Positions 1 to 16,500 of a stretch of DNA of 64,000 nt are shown piece by piece. Below the pieces are notes generated by a model. It searched no databases, had not been told where the DNA came from, and was given only the letters and a program-made list of their open reading frames with translations. The stretch spans positions 1,746,297 through 1,810,296 of the forward strand of contig NW_002060951.1 of assembly GCF_000150275.1 (NCBI RefSeq), given 5' to 3'. The first letter of the stretch is position 1. Every line of letters starts with the position of its first letter. The DNA comes from Trichoplax adhaerens (taxonomy: Eukaryota; Animalia; Placozoa). The translations under genes and the position numbers were made by a program.

Positions 1-4667
<4,667 letters not shown>

Positions 4668-5473
4668 CATTGATAATTACGCTTTATTTTATAGTAGATT
4701 TGGTTATCATCATAGGAAATGATCACTATCATAACTTTTGACGTGAAGGTCATAAGAAATAAATATAATTATTACCATATTGCATATCTTGCCTCTAATT
4801 ACTTGATAGAGCTTTCCACAATTTGGAAATAATTGTAGTTGTTGTACTGAAAGAATAGTGTTATTTCTTACTGATAGTTAAGTAGGAAATTCTCAATTCA
4901 TTGAATGTAGTTGAGTATTTAAATGGATTAATTTAGGAATTGTTTCCTAGTTGATGCAGTACCACTTTTGAATTGACTATGTCCACTGATCGTCATAGAA
5001 ATATCTAATCGAGAGCAGACTGATACTTTGAAAGTTTTATCAGTGTGTCTAAACCTTATTGCTAGATAGAATGACTTGAAAAGTACGTTTCGTGTGATTT
5101 TTATGCTAGAACCATGACTTATAATTGTTTATAATTTGTTCATCTGGTAAAGACGTACAAACTAGCAAATTGTAATATCGTTCATTATAAATAAATAAAT
5201 TATATCGTTATTAGAAAGTTAAATACGCGTTTCTACCCTAGCGTAATTTGTAAAATCTTTTGCGGTCTACTAGCGGTTAAAACGGCCTTAAATTGGAGGA
5301 CACATATTGTAAGAGTATTTTAAAGTCATCATTCCCTAGACAAAAATGTTTTACCTAGGTTTAATTTGAATTTAAGGAACATGCCTGATAAAACTCAATT
5401 TGATGATTCTATTTACTTCAATAAATTGTTTCGTGAAAATAAGACTATAATGAACCTTATATTGGTGCACTAT

Positions 5474-5620
5474 CAGTACGCTGTAGCAGTACTGTACAGT
5501 ACTGTCATGGAACTCTGAATATAAAGTATAGTACTGCACAGTGCACAGTCGTCCGGTACTATACTATGCTGTATACCACCGTAGCGGCCGTCCGTGCACC
5601 ACTGTACACTATACAGTAAC
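5474..5620. promoter_or_regulatory. TACAG/CTGTA palindromic array upstream of POLR3K
   Basis: cagtactgtacagtactg, tagtactgcacagtgcacagt and cactgtacactatacagta, 400-540 bp before the ATG. A regulatory role is inferred from position. Confidence 0.5.
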
Positions 5621-6016
5621 GTAAAGCCCAATTGCATACTCGTAGTGCAGATCAGGTTCAAGCATTGATTACTCCGATTTTTCGCGATGAAGATGAATTT
5701 GATGTACTTTAATCTTTTCAGCAATAGGTAGAACTAGAAGCATTTCCTTGTATGATAAGAACAAACATTAACGCTAATTCGTCAAATAAGCTAGTAGGAA
5801 TAATTTGAGAATATAGTTGCGTAAATACAATAGCAGTTATACGAGCGTACTTTACCTCTATGCACTCAATAGTCAACGGTCTTCTGTACAATTTTCAGCC
5901 ATCGTTGGTTTCCTCAGACCTACAGTAGCACTTAACGTTCCGAGCTATATAACTGAAGTAATAGAGTTGATAACATTCGCACTGAATTAACTGTGAGTTT
6001 AAATCATCGGTAGAAT

Positions 6017-7074
6017 ATGCTCTTCTTTTGTCCTAATTGTGCTAATGCTTTATATATGGAAAAGCAAGGCGAGTGCCTTGTATTTCTTTGCCATACCTGC
6101 CCTTACCTCTACAAAGTAACTAAAACGGTAAGTGTATTTATGTTGATGATGTGCCAATGTACGAGATACTATATCATGTCGCCTTTATATTTTGCTGTAC
6201 CACTCTGTTGTTTATAGCCTACTGTACAATACTTGTATAATAGCTAAGACTGCTCAACCAAAGCAAAGAAGTAGAACGGAGTAGTTCCCATCAGTATGTT
6301 AATGATTAGGATGGAATCATTGGCAGTAACACGTCGTAGTGATGATGGAGTATACGCTTACTGCGAACAACATCGCTTATAATTGCATAATCTTGAGATG
6401 TTATTTACACCGTATTATAAACCATCTATCAATAGGTAGTAAACTCTTCTCATAAGGCTGTACACTATACTGTTGTAAAAGTAGGATACGACCAAGATAT
6501 CGTATTTACTGCATTATTACGAAAACACACACTCGTAATGTTTAGCATTTATAGTGCTACAATTTTCACGTTACCGTTTACATTCCAATTTGAACTATTG
6601 TAGATTGCTAGCAGAAATTATCCAAAATTGAAACAAGTTGATGATATCCTTGGTGGCAAAGCAGCTTGGGAAAATGTCGATTCTACCGAAGGTTGCTATA
6701 TTAGCTATTAATTTATTTAATGCTGTTACTTTTGATAGAGTAAGATTCGAAGTTGCTATAAATTGTGTAATTTTCACCAGCATGACATTTTATGATATTA
6801 AATTTAATTTTTATCGAATGTTTGATGCGGTATTTTATATAATTGCATTTGTTACTATGTATTATAGCTATGATCCTGCCAGAATCTAAAATTGACATCA
6901 TTCTTAATGATAATCAAAAAACTGATTTTATGATTACTCACTTTAATTCTAGCTACATGCCCTAAATGTGATCACAACCAAGCCTTTTTCATGCAAATAC
7001 AAACCCGCTCAGCTGATGAACCAATGACAGTATTTTATAAGTGTTGCAGCTGTGGCCATCGTTGGAAAGATTAA
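6017..7074 (+). CDS. POLR3K: RNA polymerase III subunit RPC11/RPC10 (3 exons: 6017-6127, 6604-6691, 6953-7074; 106 aa)
   Basis: MLFFCPNCANAL...CHTCPY | ...KQVDDILGGKAAWENVDSTE | ATCPKCDHNQAFFMQIQTRSADEPMTVFYKCCSCGHRWKD*. Two Zn ribbons and the TFIIS-like QTRSADEP motif. GT-AG junctions are in frame. Confidence 0.97.
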
Positions 7075-8279
7075 TTACAAACTCATAATCGCTGAAGATT
7101 TTGAGATTGGCAATAAAACGACATTGCACACTTACATAGATTACTTGTCTCAAATTGTAAAAAGATATGATTTCCCATGGGAAGATAAGCTAATATGAAC
7201 TCGTTTACATGAATTTTGTCATAGCTATATTGTGGTATATGGAAAGACATGCTTTAAAATTGTCGAAAATGCAAGGTTTTCACGTAACAAGAAATTCATT
7301 GTACGTGTAATTACTGTTAAATTGTACTTACTACATGTTTATTCTGTACAGAAAGGCTACCATTTGCAATAGCCGAAATATCAATTTATGTGCTAGAATA
7401 TCATTATATGATTCAATATTATCCTCATTTATCATTGCAAAATGTTAAATACAATTAACGACTGTACCATTCAAACCATTAAATCAATCGTAATACAGAA
7501 TATTGAAAGTGATCTGTTGAAGGAATTAATAATTTATCCAAGCTAATTTCAGAGATGTAATCCCTAAATCCTAGCCATCAAACAAATTAAAATGAGTATG
7601 CTTAGCATGATTATCATCATATTTTAATCCTTGTACATTCAAGACCATTAGATCCATAGATACTTGTTGCTTGCAACATTTACGTTTACAAATCGAATAT
7701 AGTATTACACTGCCTTAGGCATTGACATATTAATCAATATTAAATTGCTTCGGATAGCTGATACGATGAGCTTATCTATTTCCATTTAGTGATATCGACT
7801 TTTACATTCAATGTATCCGTTATGCATATATTATGCTGCTGCTGCTATCCTACCTATCAAGTATTGAAAGCACCATAATTTACAGTTGTACTTTAATAAA
7901 CATAAAATAAGAATATTCTCAAGTTTACTTAATTAACAGGAAAGGAAAAACGTTAACATATACTGTTGTAATATCATTTTTGAGGCTAACAATGTGATGA
8001 TAGTATTACTTTAAGGGCTTTTACAACTTTTAGACGTCATACTAAAACGAACTAGTAATAAGCAATAATACATTATAATTATTGAAAAAAATGTACACAT
8101 TAAATTTATTTAATGCAAGCTAAACTTCTAAAATTACGTATCAACTTACTACGAGTTTCGATATGCCGTAGTAGTCGTACGATAAGGCGTAAGTAAATTT
8201 CCTATCAAGTTGTAAAACGGATTTTATAAGTCAATTCAATAATTCGCTTTGTTTATCAAATTTCATATAGTGCATCAAG

Positions 8280-8986
8280 ACAAATGGAACATAATTTTAA
8301 ATGATTTCGGAAAGCATTGACGAACCTCATTATGAGAGAGGGAGTAGAGATAGTGTTCAATTTGGCTTGCATTCCGAATTGGGCTTTCATGTATAATAAG
8401 GACCTGATTACTAAAACGTAGAAAAAGAAAATTACCACTATGATATTCGTACGTTAACAGTTGATATACTGTATATGTACTGTACGTGTTCTATACCGAA
8501 TTAGCTGATCCTGTTATTATGGGCGTTACCATTTCACATCATCTTAACGATGAGAATTGATATACGAATATACGCGTATTCAGCATTTATTGATGTTGTA
8601 AATACTGTTGATGCAAAGTAATGGAATAGCAACTGACAACTATACTGTGCATATTGGTACTCTAGAAGCAGGTAAGTTCAAGTTATTCAAGGCGTTTCGA
8701 CAGTACGCATATAATTTTACCATAATGACTTTATCAGGTTGTGCATAACAAACAATCATAACGATAGAATTAGCAAATATTGATGGAAGTACGTTATTGC
8801 ATCACTCTTGTCAACCTACATTCGATGGACCATTAGGCGGCGGTACTCAATCGACCTCCAATCAGAATTGGATTCCATACTGGTACAGTTAACCAGTTTG
8901 CTTTTAGTTATTGTCGATTTACGGTAATACCTAACAATGTCGCTAGCGCTGTACTGTCGTGTATCGTGGATGGTGGTTGTCAGCAA
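8280..8986 (+). pseudogene. Possible decayed multi-exon gene relic, PLAT/LH2-domain-like
   Basis: Phase-compatible exon-like segments 8619-8671, 8738-8882 and 8947-8986 read NGIATDNYTVHIGTLEAG-CA*QTIITIELANIDGST...WIPYC-AVLSCIVDGGCQQ, with an in-frame TAA at 8746-8748. An upstream segment reads HYERGSRDSVQFGLHSELG. The resemblance to PLAT motifs is by eye only. Confidence 0.3.
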
Positions 8987-9227
8987 GTATTTTAGTTTAC
9001 TTTACTATAAAAATGTCAATAACATTGATACAGTATACCAATAATGAAAATAGAGCAAGAAAAGACTTCAAATTATTGAGATTTTCTATATGACAGTTAC
9101 AGTAAAGAGAGGAAAGAAATGATTTTAATATCGATATTTTACTATCGCCTAGTATTCATCGTCAGACAGTATCGAAGCTACCTAGATCTTTACTATAGCC
9201 AGTTCATTGATCTTGACATATAGTAAT

Positions 9228-9920
9228 ACAGTACATATCCAATACTGAACACTGTACTGTAGGTAAAGTATTCAGGTGTAACAACGGCTGTACTACCGGG
9301 TATGATGACAGAAATTGCCTATACTAGACGCAAGGGAGAATAGTGTTTCCAACAGATTTTCAGTACTGTACAGTGTACAGTAGTGTATCCTTGAGTGTAC
9401 AGTGTGCAGTCTACAGTACTTTATCATGGCATTGTACTGTACACCATATTACAGTACAGTATACTGTACTGTACAGTACTGTACTGTACTCGTATGGTAG
9501 CAGATTTTACTATGTACTGTAGCAATTCCATAAGTTTATGTAGATATAATGATTCAAGTGTCATTTAAAATTTACTTTTACTAACTAATATAGAATTTTC
9601 AGCTCATTAGCTACATGCTGGTATCAAATCGATACAGTTTTGATATTGATAACAGCATTTAAATAGAATTCTTATATTCTAAAGCCAATGTTAACATGCT
9701 GTACACCATACAGTACTACTGTACTGTACTGTACAGTATACTGTACTGTACTGTATTGTGCTCGTGTGGTCTCCAGTACTGTAATAGTCTATACATTACA
9801 GTGTACTGTACTGTACAGTACATGAGTTGATCACCGTGAAAAGTACTGTACAGTACTGTACATACTGTACACTGTACATTCTGTACGGTACAGCAACAGA
9901 TTGAGCACAGTACAGTACGG
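9228..9920. promoter_or_regulatory. TACAG/CTGTA palindromic array upstream of BUD13
   Basis: Two dense blocks at about 9360-9520 and 9697-9920, with a perfect 24-bp palindrome at 9450-9473. Confidence 0.55.
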
Positions 9921-10091
9921 TGTTTCCACGGATGTGATAGCATAGCCTAGATACCCAAACATAGCATCGATTTTGATACTACTGCCAGTCAGTAAATGCT
10001 GGAAATGAAAACCCCTACCAGCATGGTCATCGGTCATTCCGTCGATTCACAAGATTCGAATGGAGTAAAGTTCGCAATTTGGAAAGCAATC

Positions 10092-13000
10092 ATGAGTAAT
10101 GCTGATTATCTGAAGAAATATTTAAGTAAAAATTACGGTAAAGATGGAAAAAAGAGTAAGAAAAAGAAAAATGTAGCTAAGGGAAACAATAATCGTTGCA
10201 AGATAATTGATGACGATTCTGACTGGAAGCGAACTACTGCCGGTGATGCAAACCAAGAAGATATCGAAGATGTTATGGATGATGCGCCAACGGTTGTCGA
10301 TATGGATGAAATCAAGCCGGATCCTAATAAATATTGGAGGCAAGGTGATAAATGGAGGCCGATGAAAGATGAAAATGGTGGAAAGCAATTGACATCGCTA
10401 GGTAACTTAATCTCCTCCCCTAATTTATAAATTTGTCGACAATGCAATTCAATGTTACTGAGTGAAATTCATACATACTTTAAAGATGCGTACCAACTAG
10501 AGGTCATACAATATTTATCCTGGACCTGGACGATGCGCTCAGATCATTTCATGTCTGCTGCGTCAGGTCTGCACTAACAGGGTACGGTCTCTAGTCTGCA
10601 CAACATAAAGCAATTTCTAGAGCCATCATCTTAATAAAACTGTATGAAACCTTGATATTAGGCTTAGTAGGGACAAGAGAACGGATAGAGCTGTTCCAGC
10701 GACACGTAGTAGTAGGCTTTTGCTAGCTGGGGTGGCCTAATGTACCCTCGCTCAGTACATCAGTGCGTGAATAGTATTAACTAAATGCGATTAGACTAAA
10801 ACTCAGATCATCCTAGCTAAAAAGCTAAATTAATCCTGCACTACAACATTATAATACAAAGTTTGACTGCACTAGTAATACTCTAATGTTCCTCTTAAAA
10901 TTAATAAATTATTAATTAACTTAGCCTTTTGATAATTATATAATAAGCTACATCTAAGCATGACATGATATGATTCTATACTTCTTACGTTGTACCATAC
11001 ATTAGTTGCAGCTATATGCGGAAAGATCAACAGACTTTCTTTAGTGCACTTATATTTACTGCTTGACTGAAAGTTACCCTGCAACTCTGCAGAAACGATT
11101 GATCGTATGCTTCAAATTAGTATGCAACGAAGCAAGTTAAATCTTCAATTAAATCTTGATAGCATCACATCATAGGTTGCTAAATGCTGATTGATGTATT
11201 GTTTATATACCATCAGAAAATGAAAATCCATTAACTACTGATAGAAAATACCAAAACGTTAATAGTTTACGAAAATCTGGTAAAGATTTTTCGACAATAC
11301 CGAGAAGAAAAATGAAGCATGATACATCGAATCAATCGCTTCGTCCTAAAACTCTACAACGTGATTCCCCTGATTTATCACCCCCCAGAAAAGGATATCA
11401 TGATTCACCAGATAGATCACCCCCTCGTAGGAAAGAACGTCATGGCTCACCGGAACTATCACCTCCTCGTAGGAAAGGACGCCATGATTCATCGGATCTA
11501 TCACCCCCTCGTAGGAAAGGACGCCACGATTCACCAGATCTATCACTTCCACTTAGGAAAGGACACTATGATGCACCAGATCTATCACCTCCTCGTAGGC
11601 GAGGACGTCATGATTCACCAGATCTATCACCTCCTCGTAGGCAAGGACGTCATGATTCACCAGATTTATCCCCTCGTAGGAAAGGACGTCATGATTCACC
11701 GGATTTATCGCCTCCTCGAAGGAAACAACGTCAAGATTCACCTGATCTATCACCTCCTCGTAGGAAAGGACGGCATGATTCGCCTGATCTAACACCACCT
11801 CGTAGAAGAGGCCGTCATGATTCACCTGATCTATCACCACCTCGTAGAAGAGGCCGTCATGATTCACCTGATCTATCACGACCTCGTAGGAGAGGACGCC
11901 ATGATTCACCTGATCTATCATCACCTCGCAGGAAAGCTGGTCGTGACTCACCCGATCTATCACCACCTCGAAGGAAAAATGCTGATAGAAAATCAGTAGA
12001 ACTACAAAGTTCTAGGCTGTCAACGGTAATGAAAGAATTATTTAGCTAGATATCTGTAATAAATTTCCTTTTTGTGACGGTTAACTCCTCTAGTAACTAA
12101 TATCCCAATGCACTCAGGGTACGAATAGGTAATCAATCACTCGAAAAAGTATTCAGTTAAAAAGTTCATTATATCGCTCGACGAGCCTGTAGAATTAATA
12201 TATCATGCAATGATGTCTACAAAGGGTGTAGTATTGCCTGCAGTCGCCTGTCGTACGGAATTCTATCTTTTCGAATTGATTCGAACGTTGAACACCAATA
12301 CAACACTTGGCTATCCCCGTGATGGACAGTATAGTAGAATGCTGTACTTTATACTAGCTAAACCCGCACCAAATTGCACCAGTGACTCTCCTCTTATAAG
12401 AAGTCCCTGATTGTAACCAACTATACTGTACCATCTCTATTTCTGCATGCCTGAACATAATTTTATTCTGAGTCACTACCATACAAAAAGTTATACAGTA
12501 TTAGGTAAACTCAAAGATAGAGGTATACCCAATATTTTCTGATCTGCTGCGATAACACTAAGTACAGCACTGCCCATACCTGGATGCAAGCATGTACTTA
12601 ATATTAATTATATTTTACCGTTATATCAGGTGCAGAAAATGAATCAAGATTCTAAACCAACAATTACCAAAAAGGCTGGACTTCAATCAGCAACAGTATT
12701 GAAAGAAGAAAATGAATTTAGGCGTAAATTAGAAGATAAACAATTTGATGAAATGGATGCCACAGTAAGTGGTAAAGGAGCTAAGACGACTTACAGGGAC
12801 AAGCATGGCAAGATACGTGATATAAAAAAGGAAAGACTCCAAATGAGAGAAGAACGTCGTAAAAGGGAAGAAGAAGAGGAAAAATTTATGGAATGGGGAA
12901 AAGGGTACTTCCTGCTCTTAATTGTATTAATATGATAGTACTGTAGTTGATACTGTTGATGCCATATAAAAAGACTGATAAATGTCGGTGTTGAACCGCT

Positions 13001-13545
13001 AATACTATTCTTGCGTTAACATGTATGCAGCATGACACAAAAAAAATTAGCTGAAGAAAAACTTGCCGATGCTGCGCACGAAATAAACAAACCTTTCGCT
13101 AGATATGCAGATGATGCAGATTTAGATCAACAACAACGTGAGGCCGAAAGAGATGGAGATCCAATGTTAGATTACATCAAAAAGAAGAAAAATAAACGTC
13201 TAGGAGGCAAAATTAAAGGTTACAACCCTCTTTATTAGTGTTAATATATAAGTAGAAAATATACGATAATGCAATTAGTGCTGATATTCATGAAAACTTG
13301 AAAATGCTATGATTCTACTGGAACCCTAATTGATGCTTCATCTTACTTGCCTATCAAATTTTATCACAGAAAAGCCAAAATACAAAGGGCCTTTACCTCC
13401 ACCAAATAGATTCAATATAATGCCAGGATATAGATGGGATGGTGTTGATAGATCAAACGGTTTTGAAGGCCGAAGATTCAAGATAATCAATGAAAAGAAA
13501 TCCCTCCAGCACGAGGCCTATAAATGGAGCACTGAAGATATGTAG
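10092..13545 (+). CDS. BUD13: BUD13 (RES complex splicing factor), 5 exons: 10092-10401, 11217-12025, 12630-12904, 13031-13218, ~13370-13545
   Basis: N-terminal [24 protein letters not shown] repeats, [34 protein letters not shown], and C-terminal [23 protein letters not shown]...AYKWSTEDM*. Confidence 0.97.
11360..11975 (+). repeat. Coding tandem repeat, about 39-42-nt unit ([14 protein letters not shown]), about 15 copies, in BUD13 exon 2
   Basis: The unit cctcgtaggaaaggacgtcatgattcaccagatctatca recurs, varying mostly at synonymous positions. Confidence 0.95.
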
Positions 13546-16500
13546 GAAGTGCGCTCCTTCTTCCTTTATCTCTTAGTAATTACCTTACATGTCTTTGATT
13601 TTCAAATTGACGCAGATATTTGCTCATGACCTCATGAGCTTGTGTAATAAGCGACTTTACCTGTAAATATGCAATGAATAACCGTTAGGCAAAGCAGCAA
13701 TGCTATAAAATTGTAATCATATACACCAATGATACGTTGTAAGGGTAAATTTCTATGTATTCCTAAGTTTTATTATTCTTATTCGTGTAAATCTCGAATT
13801 TCACATCCTGCTCCTACCATCGAACTAATTGTAGAACTTAATATCAAAGTACTTGCTTTTACAGACATTAAAGTATGATCCTTTTGTAATGTTTGTATAC
13901 GTGTATTGTAGCATTTACACTGTACAGTATACATTTACAGGCAATGAATTGTCATTGAAATACCCTTTTCCTAGACTTCAGAATCTATCAATTTAAGCAT
14001 GACAGTGAATGCCCAAGTTGTTCCAATATTTCTACTGTAATATAATTCTAATGGAGAAATTTGTCATCCATCAACTTGTTTCAATATTTTTAGTAACATA
14101 ATTGTATTATGAGAGGAAGAAGACATGATAAATTTTTTTATTGGCGTTATTGTAAAATAACAGGTATTTAAATAAATGGTAACGATCGGATCTGTTAGTG
14201 TGCTGCAAACTGATTCATTGCCTTTGTAATATTTGTATAGTCTGAACGATACAAGAATGGATACGAAGCTATATTTCTAGTTATTGATAGCACCTAACCT
14301 ATTTGTAGAATTGGTAGATAGAATAGATTTGCTTATGAGTGCATTACGACTGCCCGTGATACATATACTACTAGCGTCCTAGCGATAACTCGTCGGCAAG
14401 CGTAAGTTTAAGATTTAGCATTACTAGCACAAGTTGCACAACATCTTATCGCTTCGTTGACAGAAATATTGCATTAAACATTTCAGCTGGACCGGCAGCT
14501 AATAAAGTAAAACTATTTACGCCGCGTTCAATGGTGCGTGCAAAGTAGTACATATCCACGCAACCCATTTTCATAACGGAATTGTTTATTATATCACACA
14601 ACAATGTCATTAAAATATCGTAAAATGCAAATAAACTCTACGATTTCACTATTATCAGTGTCACTACGCCGTTTCATATCGTACCGTAAGAGGGTATAGC
14701 TGGGTTGTGACTACTGAAAATGAATCATATACTTCCTATCATTTGCGTTCAATATAGCTAGTAGAAAGTAATTGCCATCAATAAATAGTTTAAAATTTAA
14801 TTAAAATGTACAATCTTAATAAATTATGTTTCAAGACAATTTAAATATGTTTTAAAATTGGGTATTCAAAATTTCATCAACCTTCTGTAGCATCCCAATA
14901 TTGCTCCAATTTCAAATAAAGGCTATGGGTTATACCATCATATAGTAAGTACAGGCTACTGCTTATGTCCCGTAATCACTACTAATCCGTGGCTACACAT
15001 TTTGAAGGGCGTCTTGCGGTACGGAATCGTCTGAGATGTATTTCATATAGCTTGTAATGGACGCCTTAGCTTAGACATGCTTACGCTGTATAAATAGGAA
15101 GTGAGTGGATGCTACGTCATACTGTCCCCCTATAGCAATCCTATTAAGTTTATTGCATTCGTATTTTAATTACTTACCCAGTATTTTGAAAAATTTTGAA
15201 TGAATAATACTAGTTCAGTTTCTATGTCATGCGTTTCAAGTTATTTAATTGAAAATAGCTGGAATATTGAGGATAATTTTTATTTTATTAATTTTAAAAA
15301 GTACGTGTTATGCTAGGTAACTATCTTATCTGCTATTACCATCTTAATTACAGCGATATTCTCTAATTTAGTTCAGTCTGTTAATGCAAAGTTGCAGTAC
15401 CTGCACGTCAAGACAAATTTTTTACTAGTTTTATTAAATGTGAGCATAAAGCAGAAATGCAATACTATTGAAAATTTTGAAACATTACATACTCTAAATA
15501 TAAGTTTTCGCATACGCGTACCGTAGATATTTGATATAGCTTTAAGCGAAGATCGGCGTAATAATGAATATGGTTAAAGTTGTTTAATCATCTAAAATCA
15601 AATATAGAACTTTGTTACTTATTCAAATTATATCAAAAAAGTATTTGTGAAGAATAAACAATGGAGAAGCACTTCCATTTGCAATTTCTTAAAAATGATT
15701 CTTGCAGTGTTAGTTTAATCCTTTTTTAGCTGAAGTCAACGACGAAGTAAAGGAAAGTTCTATATTGACTATGGTACGAAATTGATCATCGTATAAACTC
15801 ATATGGAAGCAATCTATTGGTTCGTATTCAGAAACTGTGGCTAATTAGACTGTGGAAATTCTCTAAAACTTACGGATCATATTGATATTTAGGTTTGAAA
15901 ATTTCTAGCCTTCTATCATCGTTGTACGTGTATACTATAGCAAAATATGAAATACGATAATGGCGTCGTCTTAAATCATTCAGATACTCAAAATAAGATT
16001 GAATTACAACATTTATAACCATGTGTCCAACTTTTCATATACCGTAGTTGTTTACTTTCATGCTATTTCCTAATTTTAGTCAACATATTATTTAAAATTT
16101 TTAATTATAATAAAAATCTATGAATAGATAGCATAGCTAAATGAAATATTAATTAATCCATTATATTAAGAAGTGATTCTTAATGGTCCATTACCAATGA
16201 TGATAACAATATTAATAATACTATGATAGTTAGGACCAGCACTTTTTATTATCTTCAAGTGGAATTAATATCTAATTTTCCTTATTTTTAATAATATTTA
16301 CTGGAATTCAAGCAAATTTTATGGATATTAAGTGAGAATGTTTCTGTGCGCACGCATATCAATAGCAGTTCAATTTTATTCTCATTCCGGGATCCACCAT
16401 CTGTCATGCCCTTTGCCGATAGATTACAGTCCAATATCATTTCTTACAGTCAGAATAAAAAACTGGTTGTAATAGATTAATAGACTGAAATAAAATTAAA

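Noticed and set aside
9716-9943. Short ORFs rich in Y/S/T/V/C/Q (also 5473-5724, 36656-37028, 49890-50292, 50626-50872)
   Set aside because: These are translation artefacts of the stop-poor TACAG/CTGTA arrays, with no splice or homology support.
11319-11999. Overlapping alternative-frame and antisense ORFs in BUD13 exon 2, and a CRISPR-like look to the repeat
   Set aside because: By-products of the coding [10 protein letters not shown] repeat, a known BUD13 feature. There are no unique spacers and no cas genes, and the locus is eukaryotic.
14950-15110. Possible H/ACA snoRNA (AGGGCGTCT/GGACGCCTT stem followed by ACA)
   Set aside because: No properly placed H box, stems depend on many G-U pairs, and the location is intergenic.
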